From NCBI GenBank assembly GCA_963798485.1, contig CAWCTR010000023.1, positions 1 to 64,000 of the forward strand: 64,000 nucleotides of DNA, given 5' to 3'. Within the stretch, counting starts at the first letter, position 1, and every line of letters begins with the position of its first letter. Shown piece after piece: positions 48,895 through 58,382 of this stretch. Origin of the DNA: an uncultured delta proteobacterium. GTDB taxonomy: Bacteria; Desulfobacterota; Desulfomonilia; UBA1062. Position numbers and translations under genes: made by a program. The notes beneath the pieces were generated by a model, which was not told the DNA's origin, searched no databases, and worked only from the letters and a program-made list of their open reading frames with translations.

Positions 48895-50397
48895 ATGACA
48901 AAACCCGGATTCCTACAAAAACTCATTATGACCTATGTGGTCTTTGTGGCGGTCCTTCTCGGGATAACGTTAGTGCTCTTTGTGGTCTCATCACGGGTCA
49001 GCACTCTGAGCACAAAGATCTACCTTATTGATTATAAGAAAAAAGAGATCACCGACAAGCTCATTGCCAACCTTATCTCCATTGAGGAAACCGGCAAGCA
49101 ATATATGCTCCTCCAGAACGATGCCTATCGCTCCATAATGGAGCAGCAGGAAAAGGACATCTCCAGGGCATGGGATAATCTCAACACGAAAGGCATGTAC
49201 TACGATGAGCCCGAGCGGAATATGGTGGAAAACGGCAAGGGTTTGTGGATGGCCTATGTAAGCAGATTCCATACCCAGCTCAAAGGGCTTCCCAATAGCC
49301 CAAAAGATCTTGAGAAGCTCTTTACCCGCAACAGCTCAGAGATAGACGGCATCGTGGGTATTGCCCGGTATGTGAACAATGAGGCGGTAGACCGGTTGCG
49401 GATGCACATTGCCTATTTGAAGGACCTTGGGGATCAGATCATGCTATGGACATGGTGGGTGCTTGCAGTTTCGCTGAGCATCGGTCTCATCGTACCTGTC
49501 CTCATATACCGGAGCGTCAACAGGGACCTCAATCGCATCATGGGCGGCATCAAACACATCGCAGATGGTGATTTCGATCATCGTATCTCCCTTGACAGCA
49601 AGCACGAGCTGGGCCAACTTGCCGAATCATTCAATAATATGGCGTTACGCCTCAAAGAGCTTGATACGATGAAATCCGAGTTTATTTCAGTCGTGTCGCA
49701 CGAGCTGAAGACACCGCTGACCTCCATGAAGGAGGCGGCAAGCCTGCTGCTGGAGGGCCTGGCCGGTGATCTCTCCGATAGGCAGAAGAGGCTTGTAGAG
49801 ATCATGGGACAAGGTATCAAGAGGCTTTTACATACTGTCTCCGAACTACTGGATATGTCACGGATAGAAAGCGGCATGGTCAGGTTGCATATGGAACTTC
49901 ATGACATGAACTCGGTAGTAACTTCATTCATATCCGAGATCAACCCCATTGCCGATATCAGCGGTGTGGAGATCAGGGTGGCGTATACCCAGGAAGACTG
50001 CACGGTCATGGTGGACTGGAACAAGATCCTGCAGGTCTTGACAAACCTCACGCACAATGCAATCAAATACTCACCCGAAGGCTCTGTAATAGAGATCAGG
50101 ATAAGGAACTCTGACGGAAATATCATCACTGAGATCGAGGACCATGGCAAGGGAATACCCGAAGAGGACCTGCCCCGTATCTTTGAGAAGTTCTACCAGT
50201 CGAGATACACAAGGGGCCACGGCGGCATAGGGCTCGGTCTTGCGATCTCAAGGGGGATCGTTGATGCACATGGAGGAACGGTGTATGCACAAAGCAGCGA
50301 GGGAAAGGGGAGTATCTTTTCTTTTAGCCTTCCTGTTACTCATGACAATGCTTCTCTTCCAGGGATGCGCGACGGAGATTCTGAGCACCAAGATTGA
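48895..50397 (+). CDS. HAMP sensor histidine kinase (GlrK/QseE-like)
   Basis: Two TMs, HAMP domain, VSHELKTPL, NLTHNAIKY, GIGLGLAIS; start placed after TATAAT at 48882. Confidence 0.9.
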   Translation: MTKPGFLQKLIMTYVVFVAVLLGITLVLFVVSSRVSTLSTKIYLIDYKKKEITDKLIANLISIEETGKQYMLLQNDAYRSIMEQQEKDISRAWDNLNTKGMYYDEPERNMVENGKGLWMAYVSRFHTQLKGLPNSPKDLEKLFTRNSSEIDGIVGIARYVNNEAVDRLRMHIAYLKDLGDQIMLWTWWVLAVSLSIGLIVPVLIYRSVNRDLNRIMGGIKHIADGDFDHRISLDSKHELGQLAESFNNMALRLKELDTMKSEFISVVSHELKTPLTSMKEAASLLLEGLAGDLSDRQKRLVEIMGQGIKRLLHTVSELLDMSRIESGMVRLHMELHDMNSVVTSFISEINPIADISGVEIRVAYTQEDCTVMVDWNKILQVLTNLTHNAIKYSPEGSVIEIRIRNSDGNIITEIEDHGKGIPEEDLPRIFEKFYQSRYTRGHGGIGLGLAISRGIVDAHGGTVYAQSSEGKGSIFSFSLPVTHDNASLPGMRDGDSEHQD

Positions 50398-50851
50398 TAC
50401 TGCTGAGAAGAGTCTTTCTGAAGGAAAGGTCTCCGATGAGGATCTCAAGTCAATGAATCCTCTATTACCTCCCTCACTGGTTGCCCGCCACAAGATTGCC
50501 CTCATCATGGATTCAATCATTAAGGGTGAATATGCCTTCAGCGTCATGAAGACCGACCTGGAAGAGATCAGGGGTAAAACATTCGTGCCTGATTACCTAA
50601 AGGTAGAGGCAGGCTACCTGCTGACCCTCATTGAGCGTATGGAGACCCTTCAGAAGTCTGCTGCAAAGGCAAAGGAATATGCAAAGGAAAGTGAAGAACT
50701 TCGGCGGAGCCTTGAGCAGGCAAGGAAAGAAAATGAGGGCTTGAAAAAGGATATCGAGGACATTAAAAAAGAGATTGAGCTGCTGAGTTACAAGCTGAAA
50801 AAACTCGAAGAGATCCATCTCGAGTCTGTCAAGCGCCGAGGAAAGCAATGA
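50285..50851 (+). CDS. Coiled-coil lipoprotein (QseG-like)
   Basis: GGAGGA RBS, lipobox FQGC, long coiled coil ending KLKKLEEI; lies between the kinase and the sigma54 regulator. Confidence 0.7.
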   Translation: MHKAARERGVSFLLAFLLLMTMLLFQGCATEILSTKIDTAEKSLSEGKVSDEDLKSMNPLLPPSLVARHKIALIMDSIIKGEYAFSVMKTDLEEIRGKTFVPDYLKVEAGYLLTLIERMETLQKSAAKAKEYAKESEELRRSLEQARKENEGLKKDIEDIKKEIELLSYKLKKLEEIHLESVKRRGKQ

Positions 50852-52218
50852 ACCCAAAACACAAGATCCTCATCATTGATGACGAGCCGGACATTGTAGA
50901 GGTCCTGGTTGCGAGGCTTGAAGCGATGGGGTTCCATGCCGTGGGATATACCAAGGCCGGTAAGGCCCTGGATGAGCTCAAGAAGGACAATTTCAGCGTC
51001 CTGATCACAGACCTCAAGATGCCTGAAATGGATGGTATGGATGTCCTCAAGGAGGCCAAGAAGATCGACCCGGATATCGAGGTCATCATCTTTACAGCGT
51101 ATGGTTCCATTGAGGGTGCGGTGCAGGCCATTAAGGAAGGGGCGCATGACTACCTTGTGAAGCCTTTCGAGGCCATCGAGTTGGTGGCCAAGATCGAGAA
51201 GGCAATAGAAAAGCGCAGGCTCAAGCAACGGGTCCGTTACCTGGAGCAGGAGATTGGAGACGGCATCGAGCAGCATATTTATGCCGAAAGCCCTGCCATG
51301 AAGAAGGTTCTGGCCCTGGTCCGCCAGGTAAGCTCATCGGACGCCACTGTGCTTGTTCTTGGCGAGTCAGGCACAGGCAAGGAGCTTGTTACCAGGATGC
51401 TCCACTATGAGAGTAAAAGGCGTGAGGGCAAGCTTGTTATCATGGACTGCGGGGCCACCCCGCACACCCTTATCGAGGCCGAGCTGTTCGGTTATGGGCG
51501 CGGCGCATTTACCGGGGCGGTAAAAGATAAGCGCGGTATCATTGAGGAGGCCGACGGAGGGACGCTTTTCCTTGACGAGATCGGCAACATTTCAACCGAT
51601 ATGCAGACACGTCTCTTGAGGGTGCTGGAATCAGGTGAGTTCAGGCGATTGGGCGAGATCAACCAGAAACATGTAAACATCCGGGTGATAGCCGCCACCA
51701 ATGTGGATCTCAAGGCTAAGGTGGAAAGTGGAGAGTTTCGGGAAGATCTCTTTTACCGGCTTAAGGTCTTCACCATAAACATCCCGCCTCTAAGAGACAG
51801 GAAGGAAGATATCATCGGGCTGGCCCAGGTCTTCCTTACGGAATTCAGCAATAAAACCGGCAAGACCGTTACCGGCTTCAGCAGGGAAGCCATGGACATG
51901 CTTCTTTCCCATACGTGGCCGGGTAATGTCAGAGAGCTCAAGAACATCATCCAGTCCGCAGTTGTGCTCAGCAAGGGGCCTATCATAACCCCGGACGAGA
52001 TCCTACCGTCGGGTATGTTTGACCGCACATCGGCTGTTTCAGCCTCTGAAGAGGGGCTCAACCCCATTGAAGCCCATGAGAAGGCTATGCTTATCCAGGC
52101 GCTGAAAAAGTCCAACTGGGTCCAGAAAGACGCCGCCCAGATCCTCAGCATATCCAGGCGGGTTATGCATTACAAGATCAGGAAGTATAATATCCTCAAT
52201 GAGAAAGAGCAGGCATAG
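50848..52218 (+). CDS. Sigma54-dependent response regulator (NtrC family, GlrR/QseF-like)
   Basis: REC domain, GESGTGKE, GAFTGA, LFLDEIG, FREDLFYRL, WPGNVREL and a Fis HTH. Confidence 0.95.
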   Translation: MNPKHKILIIDDEPDIVEVLVARLEAMGFHAVGYTKAGKALDELKKDNFSVLITDLKMPEMDGMDVLKEAKKIDPDIEVIIFTAYGSIEGAVQAIKEGAHDYLVKPFEAIELVAKIEKAIEKRRLKQRVRYLEQEIGDGIEQHIYAESPAMKKVLALVRQVSSSDATVLVLGESGTGKELVTRMLHYESKRREGKLVIMDCGATPHTLIEAELFGYGRGAFTGAVKDKRGIIEEADGGTLFLDEIGNISTDMQTRLLRVLESGEFRRLGEINQKHVNIRVIAATNVDLKAKVESGEFREDLFYRLKVFTINIPPLRDRKEDIIGLAQVFLTEFSNKTGKTVTGFSREAMDMLLSHTWPGNVRELKNIIQSAVVLSKGPIITPDEILPSGMFDRTSAVSASEEGLNPIEAHEKAMLIQALKKSNWVQKDAAQILSISRRVMHYKIRKYNILNEKEQA

Positions 52219-52279
52219 TTAAAACCGCCTTCTCAAAAGAATTGTATCATAACTGATTTTCATATATAAAGTGACCATC

Positions 52280-53104
52280 ATGGATACGAACAAAGCGAGA
52301 ACCTTGTTCGTCGTCATAGTCACTGTTGTCTTTCTCATATCCCTTGGTACCTGTAATACCCTCCATGCGGACACAGCGGATGCCCCGGAGAAATCCAAGA
52401 TATTGAAGATCGTCATTGATCCCGGCCATGGGGGAAAGGCCCCGGGTGGTATAGGACCGCATGGCGAGAAGGAGAAGGATATCACCCTTGAGGTGGGCAA
52501 GATCCTTGCGAAACGTCTGGGCGATGAAGGCGTCGAGGTCTTCCTTACGAGGGATGATGATACCTATATCCCGCTTGAAGATCGGACGGCCTTTGCCAAT
52601 AAGCACAACGCGGACCTCTTTGTATCCATCCATGTGAATGCGACTGATGCGAGGTACAGGGATGGGGTTGAGACATATTTTTTGAACCTGACTACCGATG
52701 CCTCGTCCAATAAGGTGGCTGAGCGTGAGAACGCCATGTCTTCCTCGTCCATGCAAGGCATTCAGCTCATCATCAAGGACCTCATGCTGAATGCCAAAAT
52801 CAATGAATCATCGAGGTTCGCCACATTCACCCAGAACGCCATTATCTCTTCTCTGAGAAAGACAGGTTATACCGGGAAAGACCTGGGCGTTAAACAGGCG
52901 CCCTTCTATGTGCTTATGGGCGCGCAGATGCCGGCCATTCTGATAGAGATCGGCTTTATTACCAACCCTGCCGATTGTATGCTCCTGCATAATAATGCAC
53001 ACCTGGAAACCATCGTTGACGGCATCATGGGCGGCATCAAGACCTTTGCGGCAAATTCAACCTATGTTTATAACAACGGAAATCATGAAGATGAAGGGCC
53101 TTAA
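52280..53104 (+). CDS. N-acetylmuramoyl-L-alanine amidase (Amidase_3), short form
   Basis: IDPGHGG, EKDITL, FVSIHVN and LIEIGF motifs. Confidence 0.92.
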   Translation: MDTNKARTLFVVIVTVVFLISLGTCNTLHADTADAPEKSKILKIVIDPGHGGKAPGGIGPHGEKEKDITLEVGKILAKRLGDEGVEVFLTRDDDTYIPLEDRTAFANKHNADLFVSIHVNATDARYRDGVETYFLNLTTDASSNKVAERENAMSSSSMQGIQLIIKDLMLNAKINESSRFATFTQNAIISSLRKTGYTGKDLGVKQAPFYVLMGAQMPAILIEIGFITNPADCMLLHNNAHLETIVDGIMGGIKTFAANSTYVYNNGNHEDEGP

Positions 53105-53151
53105 GATTATCGCAGGTATATACCTATGTAATGATGATTAATCTGCATCAC

Positions 53152-53464
53152 TTATGCCGCCTCATTGTAAGGGTGCACATCCTTTTTGAGCTTGTCGCTG
53201 AGTTTGTCTTTTGCGACTTCAAGATCATAGTGTGTCTGCATGTTCATCCAGCTCTGGGCATCAATGCCGAAGAACTTAGCAAACCGCAAAGCAGTATCGG
53301 CGGTGATAGCACGCTTGCCGGCTACTATTTCACCGATGCGCCTCTGTGGCACACCTATTGACTTTGCAAGTCGGTACTGGGTTATACCCATCGGCTTCAA
53401 GAAAATCTTCCATAAGGATCTCGCCGGGGTGGATAGGGGGCATTGCCCTCTTTGTCGTCTTCAT
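53152..53464 (-). pseudogene. higA: Second HigA-family antitoxin, frameshifted
   Basis: MKTTKRAMPPIHPGEILMEDF in one frame joins LKPMGITQYRLA...ITADTALR in another; extra base in the A4 run at 53402-53405. Confidence 0.8.
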
Positions 53465-53489
53465 GCTGGTTCTCCTTTCTGCCCGAATA

Positions 53490-53795
53490 TCATGCTGCAT
53501 TCCGTGAACGTACTTCTTTATCGATTCGAGGTCCCAGCTCTCGTTGAGCAACTTTTAAATCATAGGCTGTTTGTAGGTTGAGCCAGAATTCAGGTGTGGT
53601 CCCAAAATAGTTGGCAAGGCGTAATGCTGTGTCCGGGGTAATTGCACGGTGCTCGTTCATGATAGCATAAATACGGGGCGCGGGCACTTTAAGCTGAAGC
53701 GCCAAGGCATGAGCGCTCATTCCAAGAGGCACAAGAAATTCCTCTCGGAGAATTTCTCCCGGATGAATGGGGCGCATGTTATTCTTAATATTCAT
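53490..53795 (-). CDS. higA: HigA-family antitoxin
   Basis: HPGEILREEFL, RAITPDTALRL and FWLNLQTAYDL motifs. Confidence 0.93.
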   Translation of the reverse strand: MNIKNNMRPIHPGEILREEFLVPLGMSAHALALQLKVPAPRIYAIMNEHRAITPDTALRLANYFGTTPEFWLNLQTAYDLKVAQRELGPRIDKEVRSRNAA

Positions 53796-53805
53796 ATCTC
53801 ACTCC

Positions 53806-54084
53806 TTAGTGGTAATCGACTATCTCCACATCCAATACTTCTCCCTCATCAAACCTAAAGCACATCCGCCACTGGTCGTTTATTCTGATGCTCCATTGTC
53901 CCTTGCGGTTTCCCTTTAGTGCTTCCAAGCGGTTCCCGGGTGGACTTTTCAGATCCTTTAAGGAAATGGCGGAGTCCAGCATTTGCAATTTACGTTCGGC
54001 TATTGCAGAGAACGCCTTGAATCGTCTTGGGGTACGGCCTTCGAACAGTGCTTGCGTGTCCTTGCAGCGAAACGTCCTTATCAC
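53806..54084 (-). CDS. higB: HigB/RelE-family toxin
   Basis: MIRTF..KDT, PPGNRLEALKGNRKGQWSIRINDQWR, C-terminal VEIVDYH. Confidence 0.93.
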   Translation of the reverse strand: MIRTFRCKDTQALFEGRTPRRFKAFSAIAERKLQMLDSAISLKDLKSPPGNRLEALKGNRKGQWSIRINDQWRMCFRFDEGEVLDVEIVDYH

Positions 54085-54131
54085 ACAAGATGTGTAAAAC
54101 GCGTAGCATTAAACGTCAAGCGTTATATACA

Positions 54132-55595
54132 CTGGAGTTTCCTGAGTTTTATCACTGAACAGTAGATAACCTATTGAAATAAAGTAAGAAGCTTATTTTA
54201 TCAAGATAACAACGTCTAAGCGTAAAAGATTCCTGAGATTCACCGGCTGATATGGTAGAAAGTAGCTCACATACAGGAGATGGAGACGATATGGCCGGGA
54301 ACTCCAGGATAGCAGCGGATATAAAAGGGCAGATAACGAGATTCTCAGGAATCATTTCCAAGGGATTACCCAAGTCGAAGCAGAAGCTCATTCGAGAGAT
54401 GGTGTATGGGATACAGGCCGGGAAGGATATCAAGTTGTCCAGTGTGAGTCGTAGCCTGAATGAGGCCATACCCCTGATCAAGACGGAGGACCGGTTATCG
54501 AGGAATCTGGATGATCGGGATTTTACGGATGCGATCAACCATGAGATATGCCGCCTTGGGAGCACGAAGGTGCTTGATGATATGGTGATAGCCATAGATC
54601 CTGGAGATATCCGTAAGAAGTATGCCTCGAAGATGGAGTGTCTCTGCAAGGTACATGATGGAAGTGAACATGAGATTGGTGAGGGGTACTGGCTCTGCAA
54701 AGGGGTGGCCGCGGACATTGAGCATAAGAAGGTGATACCGTTGTACCTGGAGGCATATTCGCAGGAAGCCGAGGATTTCAAGAGCGAGAACGATCAGCTC
54801 TTCAAAGTGATCGACACCGTGAGCGCCCATGTGGGGAGCAAAGGTATCTATGCCATCGACCGCGGAGGGGACAGGGGTAAGCTCTATGACAAATTTCTTG
54901 AAAAGGGGAAGGCGAAGCGGTTTGTGATCCGTCTTAAGAAGAACAGAGATCTCATCCATAAAGGCGTCAAAAAGAATTGTCACTTTCTTGCCACGGCCTT
55001 GCCCTGTCCGCATGAAGCGGTCATGATCAAGTATGAGGAAGGGAAAGAACGCCAGGCAAGCGTTTTCTACAATGCCGTGGTGGTGAAACTACCCGGCCAT
55101 GATGCTCCGTTGTTTCTCGTGGTGGCGAAAGGGTTCGGCAAGGAGCCGATGATGCTTTTGACAAGCTGCCCGGTTCACCTGAAGGACCGCGAGACCATCT
55201 GGAGAATCATTGAGATATACCTCACCCGCTGGAAATGCGATGAATCCTTCAGGTACATCAAGCAGTGCTACAATCTTGAAGATATCCGGGTGCGCCATTA
55301 CACCAGTATCCGGAACATGGTGGTCCTTGTCCTTGCCGTCAGCTATTTCGCGGCAGTATATTTAGGGGATAACCTGAGACTCAAAATGCTGGTTGAGAGA
55401 GTGTATATCGTATCCAAGAGGTTCTTCGGCATCCCCACCTTTTTCAATTATGCCATCGCTGATGGGCTCTATAAGCTCCTCTTCTCCGATAAAACCGGAT
55501 TCAACAAGACGGCAAAACCAAAATATCCCGAGTTCCAACTGTGCTTCAGCTTCCTGGAGTGAGTGGGGTTAATTTGAAAACTCAGGAAACTCCAG
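54132..55595 (+). mobile_element. IS4-family insertion sequence (1464 bp)
   Basis: Perfect 19-bp terminal inverted repeats CTGGAGTTTCCTGAGTTTT (54132-54150 and 55577-55595). Flanks TTATATACA and GTATATACA give a 9-bp target duplication with one mismatch. Confidence 0.92.
54291..55562 (+). CDS. DDE transposase (IS4-like)
   Basis: IAIDPGD, AIDRGGD and YLTRWKCDESFRYIK (YREK-like) motifs. Confidence 0.9.
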   Translation: MAGNSRIAADIKGQITRFSGIISKGLPKSKQKLIREMVYGIQAGKDIKLSSVSRSLNEAIPLIKTEDRLSRNLDDRDFTDAINHEICRLGSTKVLDDMVIAIDPGDIRKKYASKMECLCKVHDGSEHEIGEGYWLCKGVAADIEHKKVIPLYLEAYSQEAEDFKSENDQLFKVIDTVSAHVGSKGIYAIDRGGDRGKLYDKFLEKGKAKRFVIRLKKNRDLIHKGVKKNCHFLATALPCPHEAVMIKYEEGKERQASVFYNAVVVKLPGHDAPLFLVVAKGFGKEPMMLLTSCPVHLKDRETIWRIIEIYLTRWKCDESFRYIKQCYNLEDIRVRHYTSIRNMVVLVLAVSYFAAVYLGDNLRLKMLVERVYIVSKRFFGIPTFFNYAIADGLYKLLFSDKTGFNKTAKPKYPEFQLCFSFLE

Positions 55596-55620
55596 GTATA
55601 TACAATAAGTATTATGATAA

Positions 55621-55695
55621 TGGTGGAGGTGGAGAGATTTGAACTCTCGACCCTCGCATTGCGAACGCGATGCTCTCCCACTGAGCTACACCCCC
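55621..55695 (-). tRNA. tRNA-Ala(CGC)
   Basis: Acceptor GGGGGTG/CACCTCC with G3-U70, anticodon loop TT-CGC-AA, encoded CCA. Confidence 0.95.
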
Positions 55696-55729
55696 ACTCG
55701 GGTCTTTTTTACGTGTACTAGATGGACGA

Positions 55730-58378
55730 CTATTCGTCAACCCTGTGATTCTTCATGTTCCCCGGTTCATCAAGGCGTTTTTTTGCAAACGCGATAGCCT
55801 GCTTGAAGTCTTTGATCTCGTTGTTGAGGCCTTTGTCGCGGATGAGCCTTAACGTGTCGCCCAGGAGCTTGCTTTTCTTGAACCCGAGGGCTATCAGGTC
55901 CTTGCCCGTGACCGGCGGTTTGTATGAGCGCCATGAGGTGATGAACGAAGAGATCATCTCTTTTATCTCCACGCCCTTGGTCTTGGACATTGCATAGAGC
56001 ATCTCCTCCAGAGAGGCCTTTTCCAGAACCTTGACCACGGAAGAGGGCGACTTCTTCCGGAGCATGACCAGCTCCTTCAGGATCGCGTTCACCCTGGTCC
56101 TGGCAGTCAAAATGTTCCGCACGTTCTCATCGGTGAGCCCGAGCCTGCCGCAAATTGCAATGATCTTCTTGGGCTTCATATGTTCCACCAGGGCCAGCAG
56201 GTAGATGAACCACGGGCGGTAGTCCTCATGGGTGTAAAGCAGATTGAACCAGGAGATAGTCTGCTTTACCCTGGCAAAATCTTCCTTGATGGCGGTATTG
56301 AACACGATGTCCGGGTGGATGGCGGTAAGAACATCCAACTCGCGAAGCCGTTCAAGGCTTACAAGCGGGTCGTCCTCCGAGAGGATCTGCCTTATCTCGT
56401 GCGAGATGCGCCTGCCCGGTATGTTGCTCAACAGCCCTGACCTCACCGCGGCATGCACCAGAGAGAGCGTCTGTTTGCCCAGCGCAAACCCATAGCGCTT
56501 CTCAAAGCGTACTGCCCTGAAGATGCGAGAAGGGTCCTCCACAAAGCTGAGCGCATGCAGCACCCTGATATGCCTTTCTTTGATGTCCCTCTGGGCGCCG
56601 AAGAAGTCGATGAGCTCGCCGAAGCGCTGGGGATTGAGGCACACGGCCATAGTGTTGATGGTGAAGTCGCGGCGGTAAAGATCGAGCTTGAGGGTGGACT
56701 GCTCCACTATTGGGTACCCGCCCGGATGTTTATAGTATTCAAGCCTGGCCGTGGCCACATCAATATGGGTGCCGTCTGAGAGGGTAATTACTGCGGTCTT
56801 ATACTTTTCATGCACGGCGCAGCGTGCCCCCAAGGACTGTGTGAGGGTCTTCGCAAAGGCGATGCCGTCGCCCTCCACTACCAGATCGATATCCAGATTG
56901 TTGATCCTCAGCAGCATGTCGCGCACGATCCCGCCCACCAGGTAGATGTTGAATCCCATGGATGCCGCGAGTGTTCCCGCCTGATGCAGCAACATGTTCA
57001 CCTGCCTTGGCAGCCGGTCCTCCAGGAGGGACTGTATGTTCTTTTTCTGCGTTGTCCGGTAATCGACACCTTCCGCCCGGACCATCTTATCATGCATGAT
57101 CCTCATGAGGTCGGTACGGGTTATCACCCCGATGGCCTTGCGGTCTTCCACCACCGGCAGCAGTCGCTGGTTGCCGTCGATGATCAACGTTCGTATCTCC
57201 GAAACCGGTGCGTCGGGCCTGATGAATTTGATATCCCGGAGCATATAGTCTTTGACATTGGCTTCTCCCAGGTCGTGGCCTTGGGCCCGGCTCACCACCT
57301 GCCTGGTGACAACGCCCACCACCCGTTCATCCTTTGACTGAACGATGGCTGCATTGATGTTGTACCGGTTGAGCATAGTGCTCGCCTCATCCATGGTGGC
57401 ATCCATCTTCAATGCAATGACAGGGAAGGTCATGATGTCGCGCGCCGTGATCCTGGGCCTGGTCTCCTTCTTAATGAGGTTCACCAGCATGCTTTCAACG
57501 TTGTCCAGAGAGCTTTCTTTGATGGATGCGGCAGCGGCCGTGGCATGTCCCCCACCGCCGAAACCGGCCGCCACTTCAGCGGCATTGATTTGCGGCACCG
57601 TGCTGCGCGCCACCAGGTAGATGCGCTCGGCCATAAGACCGAGCGCGAACATGGCATCCACCTCGAACATACCCCTGAGCTTATGCACGAGCATGGCGAA
57701 ATCCTCCACATAGCCTGTGGATTCGGAGCGGGTGAACAGCACGTCAATGCCTCCGACGTGGAAGATATAGGCGTTCTTTATGAGCTGATCCAACACGTCC
57801 ACCTGCTCGGGGTTGAGCTCACGGGCGAGCGTATGCGAGACGGCCTTCAGGTCGGCGCCCCAACGGAGGAGATCCGCCAGGGCCGTAGCGTCTTCGGGCC
57901 TGGTGGAGGGGAACAGCAAGGCGCCGGTGTCCTCGAAGATCCCCATGGCCAGGATGGTGGCCTCTTCCGGCGTGGGTGTTATGCCGTTTTCCTTGAGGAT
58001 CTCCACCATAAGCGCGCTGTTGGAGCCGTATTCCCTGCAATGCTCGTTTGCAACCACGATATCGTCGCCGGAAGGCGGGTGATGGTCATAGATGATCACC
58101 TCCACCCCGTCCTTCCCGATGATGCCGGCAAAATCGCCGATGCGAGAGAGCTGCCTGGTATCCACGATAACAAGCCTCGTCACCTTGTTCACCAAGACGG
58201 ATTTCAGCTTGACGATTACGGCAGAGACCTCAGGGGATGCCTGCATAAGGTAGTCCCTCAGGTTCTTCTCCTGGGCGCCGGGAAAGACAAGGATGGCGCC
58301 TGTATGGAGTTTTCTGGCAGCGAGCATCGAGGCAAATGCATCGAAATCCGCTTGGATGTGGGAGGTGATGACCTCCAA
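55730..58378 (-). CDS. tRNA nucleotidyltransferase with DHH, DHHA1 and CBS domains
   Basis: H..ADFD, YDHH, tandem CBS domains, LVGGIVRD, DIDL, DLYRRDFTIN and SFVEDP.RIFR motifs. Confidence 0.9.
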   Translation of the reverse strand: MEVITSHIQADFDAFASMLAARKLHTGAILVFPGAQEKNLRDYLMQASPEVSAVIVKLKSVLVNKVTRLVIVDTRQLSRIGDFAGIIGKDGVEVIIYDHHPPSGDDIVVANEHCREYGSNSALMVEILKENGITPTPEEATILAMGIFEDTGALLFPSTRPEDATALADLLRWGADLKAVSHTLARELNPEQVDVLDQLIKNAYIFHVGGIDVLFTRSESTGYVEDFAMLVHKLRGMFEVDAMFALGLMAERIYLVARSTVPQINAAEVAAGFGGGGHATAAAASIKESSLDNVESMLVNLIKKETRPRITARDIMTFPVIALKMDATMDEASTMLNRYNINAAIVQSKDERVVGVVTRQVVSRAQGHDLGEANVKDYMLRDIKFIRPDAPVSEIRTLIIDGNQRLLPVVEDRKAIGVITRTDLMRIMHDKMVRAEGVDYRTTQKKNIQSLLEDRLPRQVNMLLHQAGTLAASMGFNIYLVGGIVRDMLLRINNLDIDLVVEGDGIAFAKTLTQSLGARCAVHEKYKTAVITLSDGTHIDVATARLEYYKHPGGYPIVEQSTLKLDLYRRDFTINTMAVCLNPQRFGELIDFFGAQRDIKERHIRVLHALSFVEDPSRIFRAVRFEKRYGFALGKQTLSLVHAAVRSGLLSNIPGRRISHEIRQILSEDDPLVSLERLRELDVLTAIHPDIVFNTAIKEDFARVKQTISWFNLLYTHEDYRPWFIYLLALVEHMKPKKIIAICGRLGLTDENVRNILTARTRVNAILKELVMLRKKSPSSVVKVLEKASLEEMLYAMSKTKGVEIKEMISSFITSWRSYKPPVTGKDLIALGFKKSKLLGDTLRLIRDKGLNNEIKDFKQAIAFAKKRLDEPGNMKNHRVDE

Positions 58379-58382
58379 AAGT

